Positions 20,711 to 32,231 of a stretch of 64,000 nt of DNA are shown one piece after another. The position numbers and the translations under genes are program-made. The notes under the pieces are model-generated. The model was not told where the DNA came from. It saw only the letters and a list, made by a program, of their open reading frames with translations, and ran no database searches. Source of the stretch: an uncultured Chloroflexia bacterium (lineage in GTDB: Bacteria; Chloroflexota; Limnocylindria; Limnocylindrales; CSP1-4); contig CAVXPZ010000003.1 in NCBI GenBank assembly GCA_963763775.1, positions 224,001 through 288,000 on the forward strand. The letters are read 5' to 3'. Position 1 is the first letter of the stretch; every line of letters begins with the position of its first letter.

Positions 20711-23371
20711 GTGAACGCGAAGCGCAGCGCCTCGATCCGCCGCCTCCTCGCCGACCTTCGACAGCCCGATACCCGCGGCGACGCGGTCCGTCGCGTGCGC
20801 CGCCGGAGCGCCAGGATGATCGGCGGGCCGGGTGCGACGGCCGCCGGGGACCAGAGCCCGACGCGCATCCCCCGAGGCGGTGCGGCAGGCCCGTCGCGAC
20901 GCCGCGTTGGCGACCTTCGCCGACGCGATCGCCCGTGGCGAGCCATTGGAGCGCGCCGTGCCGACGACGGTGTCGGCCATGGTCGACACCGGAGACTGGA
21001 CCGTCGCGAACTCGGCCTGGGCGCTCGCCGAAGGCGTCGGCCGCTGGGCGGACGGTGCGACCGCGTCGGCCCTCGGGCACGGCGTGCTCCTCCATCGACG
21101 CCGCCAGTTCGATCGCGCCTGGACGGTGCTGTCCGCCCTTGACGACGCGACGCTGACGACCCACGTCCCGGTCGAGGCCGTCGACGCCGCCCTCGCGGCC
21201 GGGACGCCCGAGGCGCGGCGGCGGGCGCTCACGATCGGCTCCGCGACGGCGGAGATGACCGCCGAGACCCTCGTCGACCTGGCCGGTCGGTTCCTCGCGG
21301 CCGGGGAGCGCGAGCACGCGGCGACGCTCATGACCGACCTGCGTGGCCGCCCCGACGCCGATCTCGACGAGCCGCGGCGCCACTCGCGCTCGCTCATCGA
21401 GCGCTGGCTCGCGAACGCGCCGAGTGCGACGTCCCGACGGGTCGATCCCCGTCGCCGTCATGGACTACCGCACGCCGGATCCGGCGCGCACGTCCGGCAC
21501 GACGGGCGAGTACATCGAGTCGTTGTCGGTCCTCGCCGACCTCGCCCGCCGGACCGGCCTCCGGTTCACGGGTGACGATGGACTCGGCCCGTTCGCGACC
21601 GAGCTCCAGGGGCGCGTGCGCCCCGACCTGCGGTCACCGGGGCCGGCGGCGGCGGTCCACCTCGTCGGGGTCGACCGCGATTTCAGCAGCGCGACGCGAC
21701 GTTCCCGAGGGGACGTGGCTGGTGGCTGCGGGGTCGCACATGTCCTCGCTGTTCCAGCAGCGCATCGACTTCCCGTACCACCCGAACATCCGGCCCGTCT
21801 TCATCTCCTTCCACGTGGATCGGCTGGAGATGCTCAGCGAGGCGGCGCTGGCGTACCTGCGGCAGTACGGGCCGGTCGGCTGCCGGGACTGGAACACCGT
21901 GTTCCTGCTCCTGAGCGCCGGGGTCGAGGCGTTCTTCAGCGGCTGCGTCACGACCACGGTGGACGCCATCTTCCCGGCCCGCTCGAGCGTCCGACGCGAC
22001 ACGGGGGTCGTCGGGTTGATCGACCTGCCCCGTCCGCCGGCCGGCATCGGGACCGGCAAGACGCGCGATCTACCATCACGAGGACGAGACGGATCTCGGC
22101 GTGCCGCTGGTCGACGGCCTCCGAGGGGCGAGCGAGCGGCTCGCGACGTACGAGCGGGACCTGGACCGCGCGGTCACGGGGCGGCTTGATGTCGTATCTG
22201 CCCCTCACCGCGCTGGGGATCCCGGTCGACTTCCAGCCGTCGAGCCCGGGCGACGCGTCGTACGCCGGCCTGACCGGCCTGCAGCCCCGGCGACGCGAGG
22301 CTCGAGGCGATGCGGTCTCGGCATCCGGGATCTGATCGGCACCGTCTTCGAGCCGGTGCTGGCCGGCGCGCCGGAGGCGGAGGTCTACGCGGCGTGGCGG
22401 GACCGCACGCGGGAGCCTGGTCGTCGAGGCGCGAGCCAGGTTCGAGGCCCCGATCGTCGAGGAGCCGACGACCATCGACGTCGCGGCTGCCATCGCGCCG
22501 AGCCTGGCCGGCCGTCGCCGCTCCGGGCCGCACGACCAGGTGGATGGCCGACTCGGTGACGGACATCGTGCTGGCGTTCGACCAGAACCTGCTGTGGCCG
22601 GCCGCGGTCCTCGTCGAGTCGTTGCTGGCCAACGCGTCGGGCGCGATCCGCCTGTGGGTCCTCGGGCGAGGACTGCCCGATGCGTACCAGACGTGGCTGG
22701 GCGAGGCGTTCCCCGCCCTGCCGATCACCTTCCTCCCGTGCGACAAGATCACGTACGGACCGTCCGGTCGCCCGCGCCGGATCCCGCTCCGCATCACGAT
22801 CTCCACGATGGATCGCCTGCTGCTGCCGGCGATGCTCGATGACGTCGACCGCGTGACGTACCTCGACGTCGACACGCTGATGCTCGATGACGTGTGCCGC
22901 CTCGCGGCCGTCGACCTCGAGGGCCGACCGATCGCCGCCCGTGATTCGACCGTCACGGAGACCAGCGAGTGGCGTCGGGCAGGGCGCCATCTCGCGGAAG
23001 CCGAGGCCACGGACCTCCGGCGGGGCATGCTCCTCCGCCACGGTCACGGGTCCGCCGCCCTCAATGCCGGCGTCCTGGTCATGGACCTCGAGCGGATGCG
23101 GCGCGACGACTTCACCGCGACCGCGCTGGCGCGGATCGAGCAGTACGGCCTCAACGACCAGGACAGCATGCTGGCCTACGTCGGGCCGGACCGCCACGTC
23201 CTCGACCCGCGCTGGAACGCGCTGCCGTTCCTCGAGGACGTCCGCGACCCGAGCCTCATCCACTGGGCGAGCCTCGGCAAGCCGTGGGAGCCCGAGTCGA
23301 CGTACGGACAGGACCGCTGGCGGACCTACGCGGATCGGCTCCGCGACCGAGCCGGGGTGCCGCCGGCCTAG
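20711..23371 (+). CDS. Multidomain glycosyltransferase: pyruvyl-transferase-like middle domain plus C-terminal GT8 domain; many frameshifts
   Basis: YLRQYGPVGCRD...FFSGCVTTT; GT8 motifs YLDVD (DxD), NAGVLVMDL, NDQD, RWN and IHWASLGKPW. Start and domain boundaries uncertain. Confidence 0.7.
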
Positions 23372-24698
23372 CCGGGACCGGCCTTGGCCGCCGGGGCGCC
23401 CGCGATGTCGGCGTAGGCCGAGATGTCCCAGCGGTGGCTGAAGTACGGGTCGGGCACGCGCCAGCCCGCACCGTAGAGGCGCTCGAGGTAGACCTCGGGC
23501 TGGGCGGGGATCGCGCACGGGACACCGAGCAGGTCCGCCGAGGTCGGCGGGAAGACGATGTCCCGCGTCAGCGCCCCGCGAGCGCCTGGATACCACGCGA
23601 TCGCCTCGCCCTCGAAGATGCCGACGAACACGTCGACGCGCTTGCGGCCGGGCCGACGGACGTGTCGATGGGCCGCGAACGCACCCGTGACGTCGTAGCC
23701 GAGTGGGCGCAGGTGGTCCTCCACCAGGCGGAGGGCGTCGGTCAGCGTCGGCGCCGCCGTCGGCTCGAAGCCGATGATGATGTCCAGGTCGTCGTCGTGC
23801 GGGATGAGCGCCTTGTCGCGCACCACCGAGAGCACGGACCCGAACCCGAGGCAGACATCGGGCGGTGAGGGAGCGGAGGGACTCGACGACGTCCGCGCTG
23901 TCGCGCACGTAGTCCTCCCGTTCGGCCGCGCTCCACGACCGGAAGGGACGCTGCGGACCGTGGACGGTCCACTCGAGTCCGCGGGCGGGAAGCAGCACCT
24001 GGTTGACGGCCGCGCGGAACGCACGACGCTGACCTTCGTCCGACACCTTGGAAGCCAGGGTTCGATGGGCACGGGCGTAGTCACCCCGAACGGTCAGGTC
24101 GAGCACCTGGAGCAGCGCGGCCGTCTGTGCTTCGGTCGAGGCCGTGGCCTTGGCCCGACCGAGCTGCGCCTTCCAGGCCCGCGCCTGTCCGCTGGCGTCA
24201 TAGAGCACCCGAGACCGCCACCGGGTCTTGGCCGAGATCCGGAGTCCGCTCAGCCTCCGCGGCGGTCTCCGCGGACACGTTCCGCAGGCGCAGCCGGGTC
24301 AACGTCAGCGGGCGGGCGAAGCGGAGCTCGACCCAGCCCGGTCGATCGGCCCGGGTTCGGATGAGCGTCCCGGTCGGCCGGTCGAGATCGAACAACCTCG
24401 CCGGGAGGAACGCGGCCTCGAGGTCGCCGTCCCAGCTGCTCGCCACGACCGTGGCCAGGGCGGCGACGTCGTCCGCGTCCCCGGCGTCGATCGCGATCGA
24501 CTGGAGCTGCAGGGACCGACCGGTCGGGACGTCGAGTCGAAGCGCAAGGACCCCGCTCGCCTCCAGGGCCAGATCAAGCAGGCCGTCGGGCGCGACATAG
24601 CCAAGGTCGACGAAGCTCGTCTCGGCGACGCGGAGGAGGTCGTCGACGGTCGCGTCGAGGGCCACGGCCTCGCCCGCGGCCGCGGGACTCGCCGTCAC
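23368..24698 (-). CDS. LicD/fukutin-family nucleotidyltransferase-fold protein with N-terminal extra domain; frameshifted
   Basis: GSVLSVVRDKALIPHDDDLDI, VDVF and PEVYLERLYGAGWRVPD. Confidence 0.75.
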
Positions 24699-24714
24699 GC
24701 GCGCGTCGCGCCGG

Positions 24715-25385
24715 TCACGACGGATGCCGTCGGAAGATCGTCCGGGCGACGTAGGCGTCGTCCTGGCGGTACTTGGCGAACCCGAACCCCTCGACGGCGT
24801 AGGTCACGTCGAAGCCCCGCGCCCAGGGCACGGGCCTCGAACGCGGCCGGCAGCACGAACCGCCGGTAGTGCGTCGCGGTCGACCTTGGCGCCGCTCAGG
24901 TCACGCACGGTCCGGTACTCGACCGCGAGGAGGTCACCCGGGTCGGTGATGGCCGCCGCCAGGTCGAGCAGGCTGACCTCCTCGGCCTCCGTGATCGCGT
25001 GGACGAAGAACCTCGCATAGACGATCCGCGGCGCCACGTCGCCCCGGACCTTCGCGGCGAGCCCCGGCTCCTCGATGCGGGCGACGAGGAACGAGGCGGT
25101 CTCGCCGAGGGTCTCCGCGAGCAGGCGGCACGCGTCGACGGCGGTGTGCGACGCATCGACGCCGATCACGTCGTGGCCGTAGCTGGCGAAGAACATCGCG
25201 TCCCGGCCGTCGCCGCAGCCCAACTCGATGACGCGATACCGCCGGTCGAGCTCGCCGGCGACGAAGGTCGCGAACTGCGACGGCAGCTTCCGGACCGGCG
25301 TGGCCCTGACGGCGTAGTAGTCGTCCCAATAGCCCGTGCGAGCGTCGCGCATCGCGTCGGTCAGGGTCGGATCGTCCTGGTCCAT
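24715..25385 (-). CDS. Class I SAM-dependent methyltransferase; frameshifts near the 3' end
   Basis: YWDDYY, PSQFA, IELGCGDGRD and YARFFVHAI; 3' end HYRRF...EGFGFAKYRQDD lies in shifted frames, stop at 24715. Confidence 0.8.
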
Positions 25386-25473
25386 ACGGTCGAGAAGTCT
25401 ACCCGCTCGACCCTGCCCGGCCGTCCACCACCGTGGACTCGGCCCGATCCCGTCCGGAGCGTATCCTCCGTCC

Positions 25474-26667
25474 ATGTTGCGGATGGCGGTCGGGCACAGC
25501 GACGACGTCGACCTGGCGAGTGCGATGGAGGCCGTGTTCGCGACGTGCGAGGCGAGCCTCGCCGGGGCCGATGCCCACCGCCGGGCTCCTGTCGAGCGCC
25601 TGGGGCGTGGACCACCAGGTCGTGATCGACCTGGTGCGGGCTCGCTATCCGGGCATCGAGCTCGCCGGCGCGAGCAGCGCGGGCGAGATGACCTCGTGCC
25701 TGGGCTTCCGCGAGGACTCGGTCGCCTTGGCGCTGTTCGCGTCGGACACCATCGACATCGTGGTCGGGCTCGGGCGCGACCTCAAGGAGGGGCCGCTGGC
25801 CGCGGCGCGTCAGGCCGTCGCCGAGGCCACGGCCAAGACCACGCTTCCGCCGCGGCTGTGCGTCGTGCTCTCGACGATCGGCGGCGTGGAGGCCGGCGTG
25901 ATGCTCGGGGCCCTGCGGTCCGCGCTCGGCGACGGCGTGCCGATCATCGGCGGCGGCGCCGCGCCGCGCGATCCCAGCACGGAGGGCGACGGCGCGAGCA
26001 GTCGCGAGTTCGCCGGCGACGCGCTCACCGGCGACGCCCTGGTCATCCTGTTGTTCGCGGGGCCGGTGGCGTTCTCCTTCGGCGTCGAGACCGGCTGGCG
26101 CGGCGTCGGCCCTCGAGCCACGATCACCCGGGTCTCGGACGCCGGCGTGATGGAGATCGACGGCCGACCGGCGCTCGACTTCTATGAGCGATACGTGGGC
26201 GCCGGCCAGCCGCCGATCGCCAACCCGCTCGCGGTCTTCGAGGGGTCGGACTCGGACCGCTTCTACCTCCGGACGCCGGTGCAGTACGACCGCGACGGCG
26301 GATCGATCGCGTTCTTCGGCGCGGTCCCGGAGGGCGCGACCGTCCAGCTGACGATGGCCGGCACGGACCAGATCTTCGAGGGGGCGAAGGCCTCATTCGC
26401 CGAGGCCCTGGCCGCGTTCCCGAGCGGCGACAAGCCCGACGGGGCGCTGCTCTTCTCGTGCGCCACGCGCAAGTTCCTCCTGGGGACGCGTGCAGGTCGC
26501 GAGATCGAGATCGCGCGCGACGTCCTGGGCGACGCGCTGCCGATCAGCGGGCTCTACTGCATGGGCGAGATCGCCCCGATGGCCGACGCCGATGGGACGC
26601 GATTCCACAACGCCACGATGGTCTCGGTCCTGCTCGGGTGCGCCCCGGCAGACGAGGTCGCACCCGC

Positions 26668-26671
<4 letters not shown>
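25474..26671 (+). CDS. FIST signal transduction protein (FIST_N + FIST_C); frameshift near 25575
   Basis: GASSAGE, PIIGGGAA, GWRGVG, EIDGRPA, FSCATR, GLYCMGEIAP and FHNAT. Confidence 0.9.
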
Positions 26672-27477
<806 letters not shown>

Positions 27478-27485
27478 GCCGACCA

Positions 27486-27590
27486 TCAGTCCGGCGGGAT
27501 GTTGTGGTTGAGGCGGAACAGGTTTTCCGGGTCGTACTTCCGTTTGAGGGCGATCAGTCGATCGAGCTTCTCGGCGCCGTAGATCGCCAT
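27486..27590 (-). pseudogene. 3' remnant of a FAD-linked oxidase (BBE C-terminal domain)
   Basis: Translates to AIYGAEKLDRLIALKRKYDPENLFRLNHNIPPD*, the berberine-bridge-enzyme-like C-terminal signature; the rest of the gene is absent. Confidence 0.8.
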
Positions 27591-27689
27591 CGTCAAGCCG
27601 ACTGACGCGCCTGGGCGGTGACGTCCTGCAACAGCGCGACGGGCCGGGCGACGAGCCGATGATCGGCCGTCAGCGACAGGCGTCGCGCC

Positions 27690-28814
27690 TCACGCGGCGT
27701 CCGTCTCGTCGTCGATGATCGGTGGGTCGTCGAGACGGACGATCCAGCGCCAGATGCCAGACCAGTCGAGGATCAGGCCGACCGCGATCGCCATCATCGG
27801 CACCACCGCGATCAGCCAGCGGTCTTCCTTCAGCTTGATGACGAACGTCGACGCGACTGCCGCGGCCACATAGAGGATCGGCACCCAGGCGATCAACGGC
27901 AAGCGTCGACGGCGGGCCACGGCCACGACAGCGGTCACAAGGAACGCCCCGCCGAGCAGGATCCCGACGATGTCCGATGCGATCGTCCGGACCCACGTCC
28001 GAAGCGGGATGTAGAAGCGCTTGTCCCAGGCGCTGTTGCCGCCGACCGAGTTCGTCCAGCGACCGATGATGCGGTGGAATGGGTCCGGATCGTGCCATGC
28101 GGCGAATGCGAGCCAAGCGAAGAACGCCGCTGGGGCCGGGATCGCGACGATCGCGGCTTTTCGGAAGCCGCGTCGGATCAGCGCGTAGACCACGGCGATC
28201 GCCCAGAACGCGAACGCGATCTCCTTGAGCATCACCGCAACGGCGATCAGGAGTCCAGCGGCGAACCATCGCTCATGGAGGAGGCAATAGAGGGCCAGCA
28301 CCAAGGCCAGGCACATCGGCACTTCCATGCGGACGAACCAGGAGAACGTCAGGAAGTACGGATTCGAGGCGAGGAGGAGCCCAGCGATCACGCCGGCAGC
28401 CGTGCCGCGTACCTCGTAGACGATCGCGAACGCCGCGATCACCGTCGCCAAGCCGAGTGATGCGCTGAGCGCACGCGACATCCAGATCTCCGGTCCGGTG
28501 CCGAAGATCGACAGCGGAGCGATGAGGTAGGCGTACAGGGGCGTGTGGTCGAGGAAGAGCTGCTGGGTCGCCACGTGGTAGGTCCGCTCGGGCAGGCCGG
28601 TTCGGAGCACGCCCTGGCCGATGTCCAGGAAGATGTGCTCGTCGTAGTTCGGACTGCGGAACGCGAGGACCTGCCAAGCGATGCCGTACAGGTAGATCGC
28701 CGCGATCGGCAGTAGCAGCAGGGCCACGGACCGGCGGTCGGCGCGCACCAGGTCGGCGAATGACCGCCCGATCAGGGGCTCCGATCGCACGCTGCTGAGG
28801 CTGGGTCGCGGCAT
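27690..28814 (-). CDS. GT-C fold glycosyltransferase (ArnT/PMT family 39-like), copy 1
   Basis: Polytopic membrane protein with NYDEHIF loop, DHTPLY and RMEVPM; TACACT lies 7 nt before ATG 28814. Confidence 0.85.
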   Translation of the reverse strand: MPRPSLSSVRSEPLIGRSFADLVRADRRSVALLLLPIAAIYLYGIAWQVLAFRSPNYDEHIFLDIGQGVLRTGLPERTYHVATQQLFLDHTPLYAYLIAPLSIFGTGPEIWMSRALSASLGLATVIAAFAIVYEVRGTAAGVIAGLLLASNPYFLTFSWFVRMEVPMCLALVLALYCLLHERWFAAGLLIAVAVMLKEIAFAFWAIAVVYALIRRGFRKAAIVAIPAPAAFFAWLAFAAWHDPDPFHRIIGRWTNSVGGNSAWDKRFYIPLRTWVRTIASDIVGILLGGAFLVTAVVAVARRRRLPLIAWVPILYVAAAVASTFVIKLKEDRWLIAVVPMMAIAVGLILDWSGIWRWIVRLDDPPIIDDETDAA

Positions 28815-29015
28815 CCGCGGAAGTGTACGAGGCCGGGCGTCGTCCGAGATCACCTACGCTCGGCGTCGGCCGTGCCGCCGTCGTGTCGTGACGCGGGTCA
28901 GCCCCTCCACAGCCCGGATCGGGTCGTCAAGCCGACGACGCGCCTGGGCGGTGACGTCCTGCAACAGCGCGACGGGCCGGGCGCGAGCCGACGATCGGCT
29001 GCGCGGGGTCGCACC

Positions 29016-30137
29016 TCACGCGGCGTCCATCTCGTCGTCGAGATCGGTGGATCGTGAGATGGACGATCCAGCGCCAGATGCCTGTCCAGTCGAGCATCAG
29101 GCCGACCGCGATCGCCATCATCGGCACCACCGCGATCAGCCAGCGGTCTTCCTTCAACTTGATGACGAACGTCGACGCGACTGCCGCGGCCACATAGAGG
29201 ATCGGCACCCAGGCGATCAACGGCAAGCGTCGACGGCGGGCCACCGCCACGACGGCCGTCACAAGGAACACCCCGCCGAGGAGGATCCCGACGATGTTCG
29301 AAGCGATCGTCCGGACCCACGTCCGGAGCGGGATGTAGAAGCGTTTGTCCCAGGCGCTGTTGCCGCCGACCGAGTTGGTCCAGCGCCCGATGATGCGGTG
29401 GAATGGGTCGGGATCGTGCCATGCGGCGAATGCGAGCCAAGCGAAGAACGCCGCTGGGGCCGGGATCGCGACGATCGCGGCTTTTCGGAAGCCGCGTCGG
29501 ATCAGCGCGTAGACCACGGCGATCGCCCAGAACGCGAACGCGATCTCCTTGAGCATCACCGCAACCGCGATCAGGAGTCCAGCGGCGAACCATCGCTCAT
29601 GGAGGAGGCAATAGAGGGCCAGCACCAAGGCCAGACACATCGGCACTTCCATGCGGACGAACCAGGAGAACGTCAAGAAGTACGGATTCGAGGCGAGGAG
29701 GAGCCCAGCGATCACGCCGGCAGCCGTGCCGCGTACCTCGTAGACGATCGCGAACGCCGCGATCACCGTCGCCAAGCCGAGTGATGCGCTGAGCGCACGC
29801 GACATCCAGATCTCCGGTCCGGTGCCGAAGATCGACAGCGGAGCGATGAGGTAGGCGTACAGGGGCGTGTGGTCGAGGAAGAGCTGCTGGGTCGCCACGT
29901 GGTAGGTCCGCTCGGGCAGGCCGGTTCGGAGCACGCCCTGGCCGATGTCCAGGAAGATGTGTTCGTCGTAGTTCGGACTGCGGAACGCGAGGACCTGCCA
30001 AGCGATGCCGTACAGGTAGATCGCCCGATCGGCAGTAGCAGCAGGGCCACGGACCGGCGGTCGGCGCGCAATAGGTCGGCGAATGACCGCCCGATCAGGG
30101 GCTCCGATCGCACGCTGCTGAGGCTGGGTCGCGGCAT
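29016..30137 (-). CDS. GT-C fold glycosyltransferase (ArnT/PMT family 39-like), copy 2; indels near 30025 and 29050
   Basis: Near-identical to copy 1, with single-base deletions relative to it. Confidence 0.8.
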
Positions 30138-30255
30138 CCGCGGAAGTGTACGAGGCCGGGCGTCGTTCGAGATACCTACGCTCGGCGTCGGACCTCGTGG
30201 TGCGCGGTCCGACGACATGCTGACGTGTCTGGACCCGAGCCTCGGGTCGGGGGAG

Positions 30256-30330
30256 TGGAGCCGACACTCGGATTTGAACCGAGGACCTGCTGTTTACGAA
30301 ACAGCTGCTCTACCGCTGAGCTATGTCGGC
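30256..30330 (-). tRNA. tRNA-Thr (CGT)
   Basis: Cloverleaf: acceptor GCCGACA/TGTCGGC, D arm GCTC/GAGC, anticodon stem GCTGT-TTCGTAA-ACAGC, T loop TTCAAAT, encoded CCA. Confidence 0.97.
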
Positions 30331-30391
30331 GCGATGGCGAGTATAGGCGAAGGCCTTCCGGGGAGGCATCGAGCCGGGCTCGGGCGAGCCG

Positions 30392-31075
30392 TCAGCCGGC
30401 GGTCATGATCCGCTCGAGACCGTCCAGGATCAGGTCGAGTCCGAACTCGAAGTCGCGGATGTCGTCGCCGAGCGACGGGTCGAGATGCTGCTGCACGTGC
30501 TCGGCGAGGAACGGGAACTCGTCGGCGGACAGCATCTGCAGGAACCTCGGGGTGAAGTCGGCGACCTTCGCGGCCTCGACCGCGTATCCGGCCTCCCACA
30601 GCGTGTAGCCGAGGATGTGGCTGTCGAGCGCGTGATACGCGTGATCGGTCATCGCGGCGGAGAGCCCGGCGAGCCGCAGGCGGCGGAGGAGCCCCTCCAT
30701 GTACCGCAGGCGAGCCGGGCGCACGCGCGTCGGCGACATCATCAGCGCGCAGGCCCACGGGTGCTGCTCGAGCACGTCGTGGGCGGAGATCGCGCTCCGT
30801 CGCAGCGCCGTCTTCCAATCCCCATCGACCGCGGGCAGCTCGAACTCGCCGACGATGCGATCGACCATCCCGTCGAGGATGTCGTCCTTGTTCGCGACGT
30901 GGTGGTACAGGGACATCGCCTCGACGCCGAGCGCCTGGGCGAGCTTGCGCATGCTCAGCGAGTCCAGTCCGCCGGCATCGGCCATCAGGATCGCGGTCTC
31001 GAGGACGCGCTCGCGGGTCAATGGGATCCGCGCCTCCGTGCCGGGGTCCGGGCGAGTCGTCGGTGATGTCGTCAT
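30392..31075 (-). CDS. TetR family transcriptional regulator (TetR_C type)
   Basis: LTRERVLETAI...LSMRKLAQALGVEAMSLYHHVANKDDIL HTH; C-terminal FEFGLDLILDGL. Confidence 0.95.
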   Translation of the reverse strand: MTTSPTTRPDPGTEARIPLTRERVLETAILMADAGGLDSLSMRKLAQALGVEAMSLYHHVANKDDILDGMVDRIVGEFELPAVDGDWKTALRRSAISAHDVLEQHPWACALMMSPTRVRPARLRYMEGLLRRLRLAGLSAAMTDHAYHALDSHILGYTLWEAGYAVEAAKVADFTPRFLQMLSADEFPFLAEHVQQHLDPSLGDDIRDFEFGLDLILDGLERIMTAG

Positions 31076-31113
31076 CGTCTCCTGGTCGTCTTCTGGGCCG
31101 GGGCCGTCAGGTC

Positions 31114-31172
31114 TTGACAACCTTACGGTGTATGGCTATGGTCCGTCCACCAACCAACCTTACAACGTATGG
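31114..31172 (+). promoter_or_regulatory. Sigma70-type promoter with two TetR-type operators
   Basis: TTGACA (31114)-N17-TATGGT (31137); CAACCTTAC-N3-GTATGG at 31118..31135 and 31155..31172. Confidence 0.8.
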
Positions 31173-31268
31173 TGCATGATGGACCAGCCGACGACCACCC
31201 GACTCACCGATCCGTCGATCCGCCGAACGAGCCATGCCGGGGCCAGGTCGTTGGCGAACGAGAGGACC

Positions 31269-32231
31269 ATGCACGCGATCGTCCACGACCGATACGGCAC
31301 GCCCGATGTCCTGTCGCTCACCGACGTCGATCGGCCCGCGATCGCCGACGACGAGGTGCTGGTCCGTGTCCGCGCGGCGTCGGTCAACGCCCTGGACTCG
31401 CACCTGATGCGCGGAACGCCCTACATCATCCGGCTCACCGACGGGTTCCGGCGGCCGAAGCGACGCGTCGCCGGCGTCGACCTCGCGGGCGTCGTCGAGG
31501 CCGTCGGCAAGGACGTCACCGAGTTCCAGGCCGGCGACGAGGTCTTCGGCCAGCGCGGCGGGGCCTTCGCGGAGTACGTCAACGGCCGCGGCCGAGGCCT
31601 CGTGAAGAAGCCGGCGAACCTCGGGTTCGAGGCGGCCGCGGCGATCCCGGTCGCGGCGTCGACGGCCCTGCAGGCCATCCGTGACAAGGCCCGGGTCGAG
31701 CCCGGACAGCGGGTCCTCGTGATCGGGGCGGGCGGCGGTGTCGGCACGTTCGCGGTCCAGATCGCGAAGGACTACGGAGCACACGTCACCGCCGTGACCA
31801 GCACGGCGAACATCGAGCTCGTCCGCTCGATCGGCGCGGATCGCGTCATCGACTACGAGCGCGAGGACTTCGCGAGCGACGCGGCGCGGTACGACGCGAT
31901 CCTCGACATCGGCGGTCTGCGCTCGATGGGCGACCTTCGACGGATCCTGACGCCGACAGGCTCGATCGTGATCGTCGGCGCCCCGGACGGGAAGGTCCGG
32001 CCGCTGACGCGGCTGGGCGGCGCCGTGGTCCGCTCGAGGATCCTTCGGCAGCGCGTGATCCCATTCCTGGCCCAGATCACCAAGGACGACCTGATGCTCC
32101 TGGGCGAGATGGCGGCGTCCGGGAGGATCACACCGGTCATCGACCGCACCTACCCGCTGGCCGAGGCCGCGGACGCCATGCGGCGGCTCGAGAGCGGCAA
32201 GGCCCGAGGCAAGGTCGTCATCACGATGTGA
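31269..32231 (+). CDS. NAD(P)-dependent MDR-family oxidoreductase (quinone oxidoreductase-like)
   Basis: RYGTPDVL, RVRAASVN, GAGGGVGTFAVQIAK and PVIDRTYPL...GKVVI; alternative start at 31176. Confidence 0.92.
   Translation: MHAIVHDRYGTPDVLSLTDVDRPAIADDEVLVRVRAASVNALDSHLMRGTPYIIRLTDGFRRPKRRVAGVDLAGVVEAVGKDVTEFQAGDEVFGQRGGAFAEYVNGRGRGLVKKPANLGFEAAAAIPVAASTALQAIRDKARVEPGQRVLVIGAGGGVGTFAVQIAKDYGAHVTAVTSTANIELVRSIGADRVIDYEREDFASDAARYDAILDIGGLRSMGDLRRILTPTGSIVIVGAPDGKVRPLTRLGGAVVRSRILRQRVIPFLAQITKDDLMLLGEMAASGRITPVIDRTYPLAEAADAMRRLESGKARGKVVITM

Larger units (their letters stand above)
27590..30191. repeat. Tandem duplication of a ~1.28 kb unit (27590..28869 and 28924..30191)
   Basis: Both copies begin tcgtcaagccgac(t)gacgcgcctgggcggtgacgtcc and end acctacgctcggcgtcgg, with near-identical sequence between. 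Confidence 0.95.
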
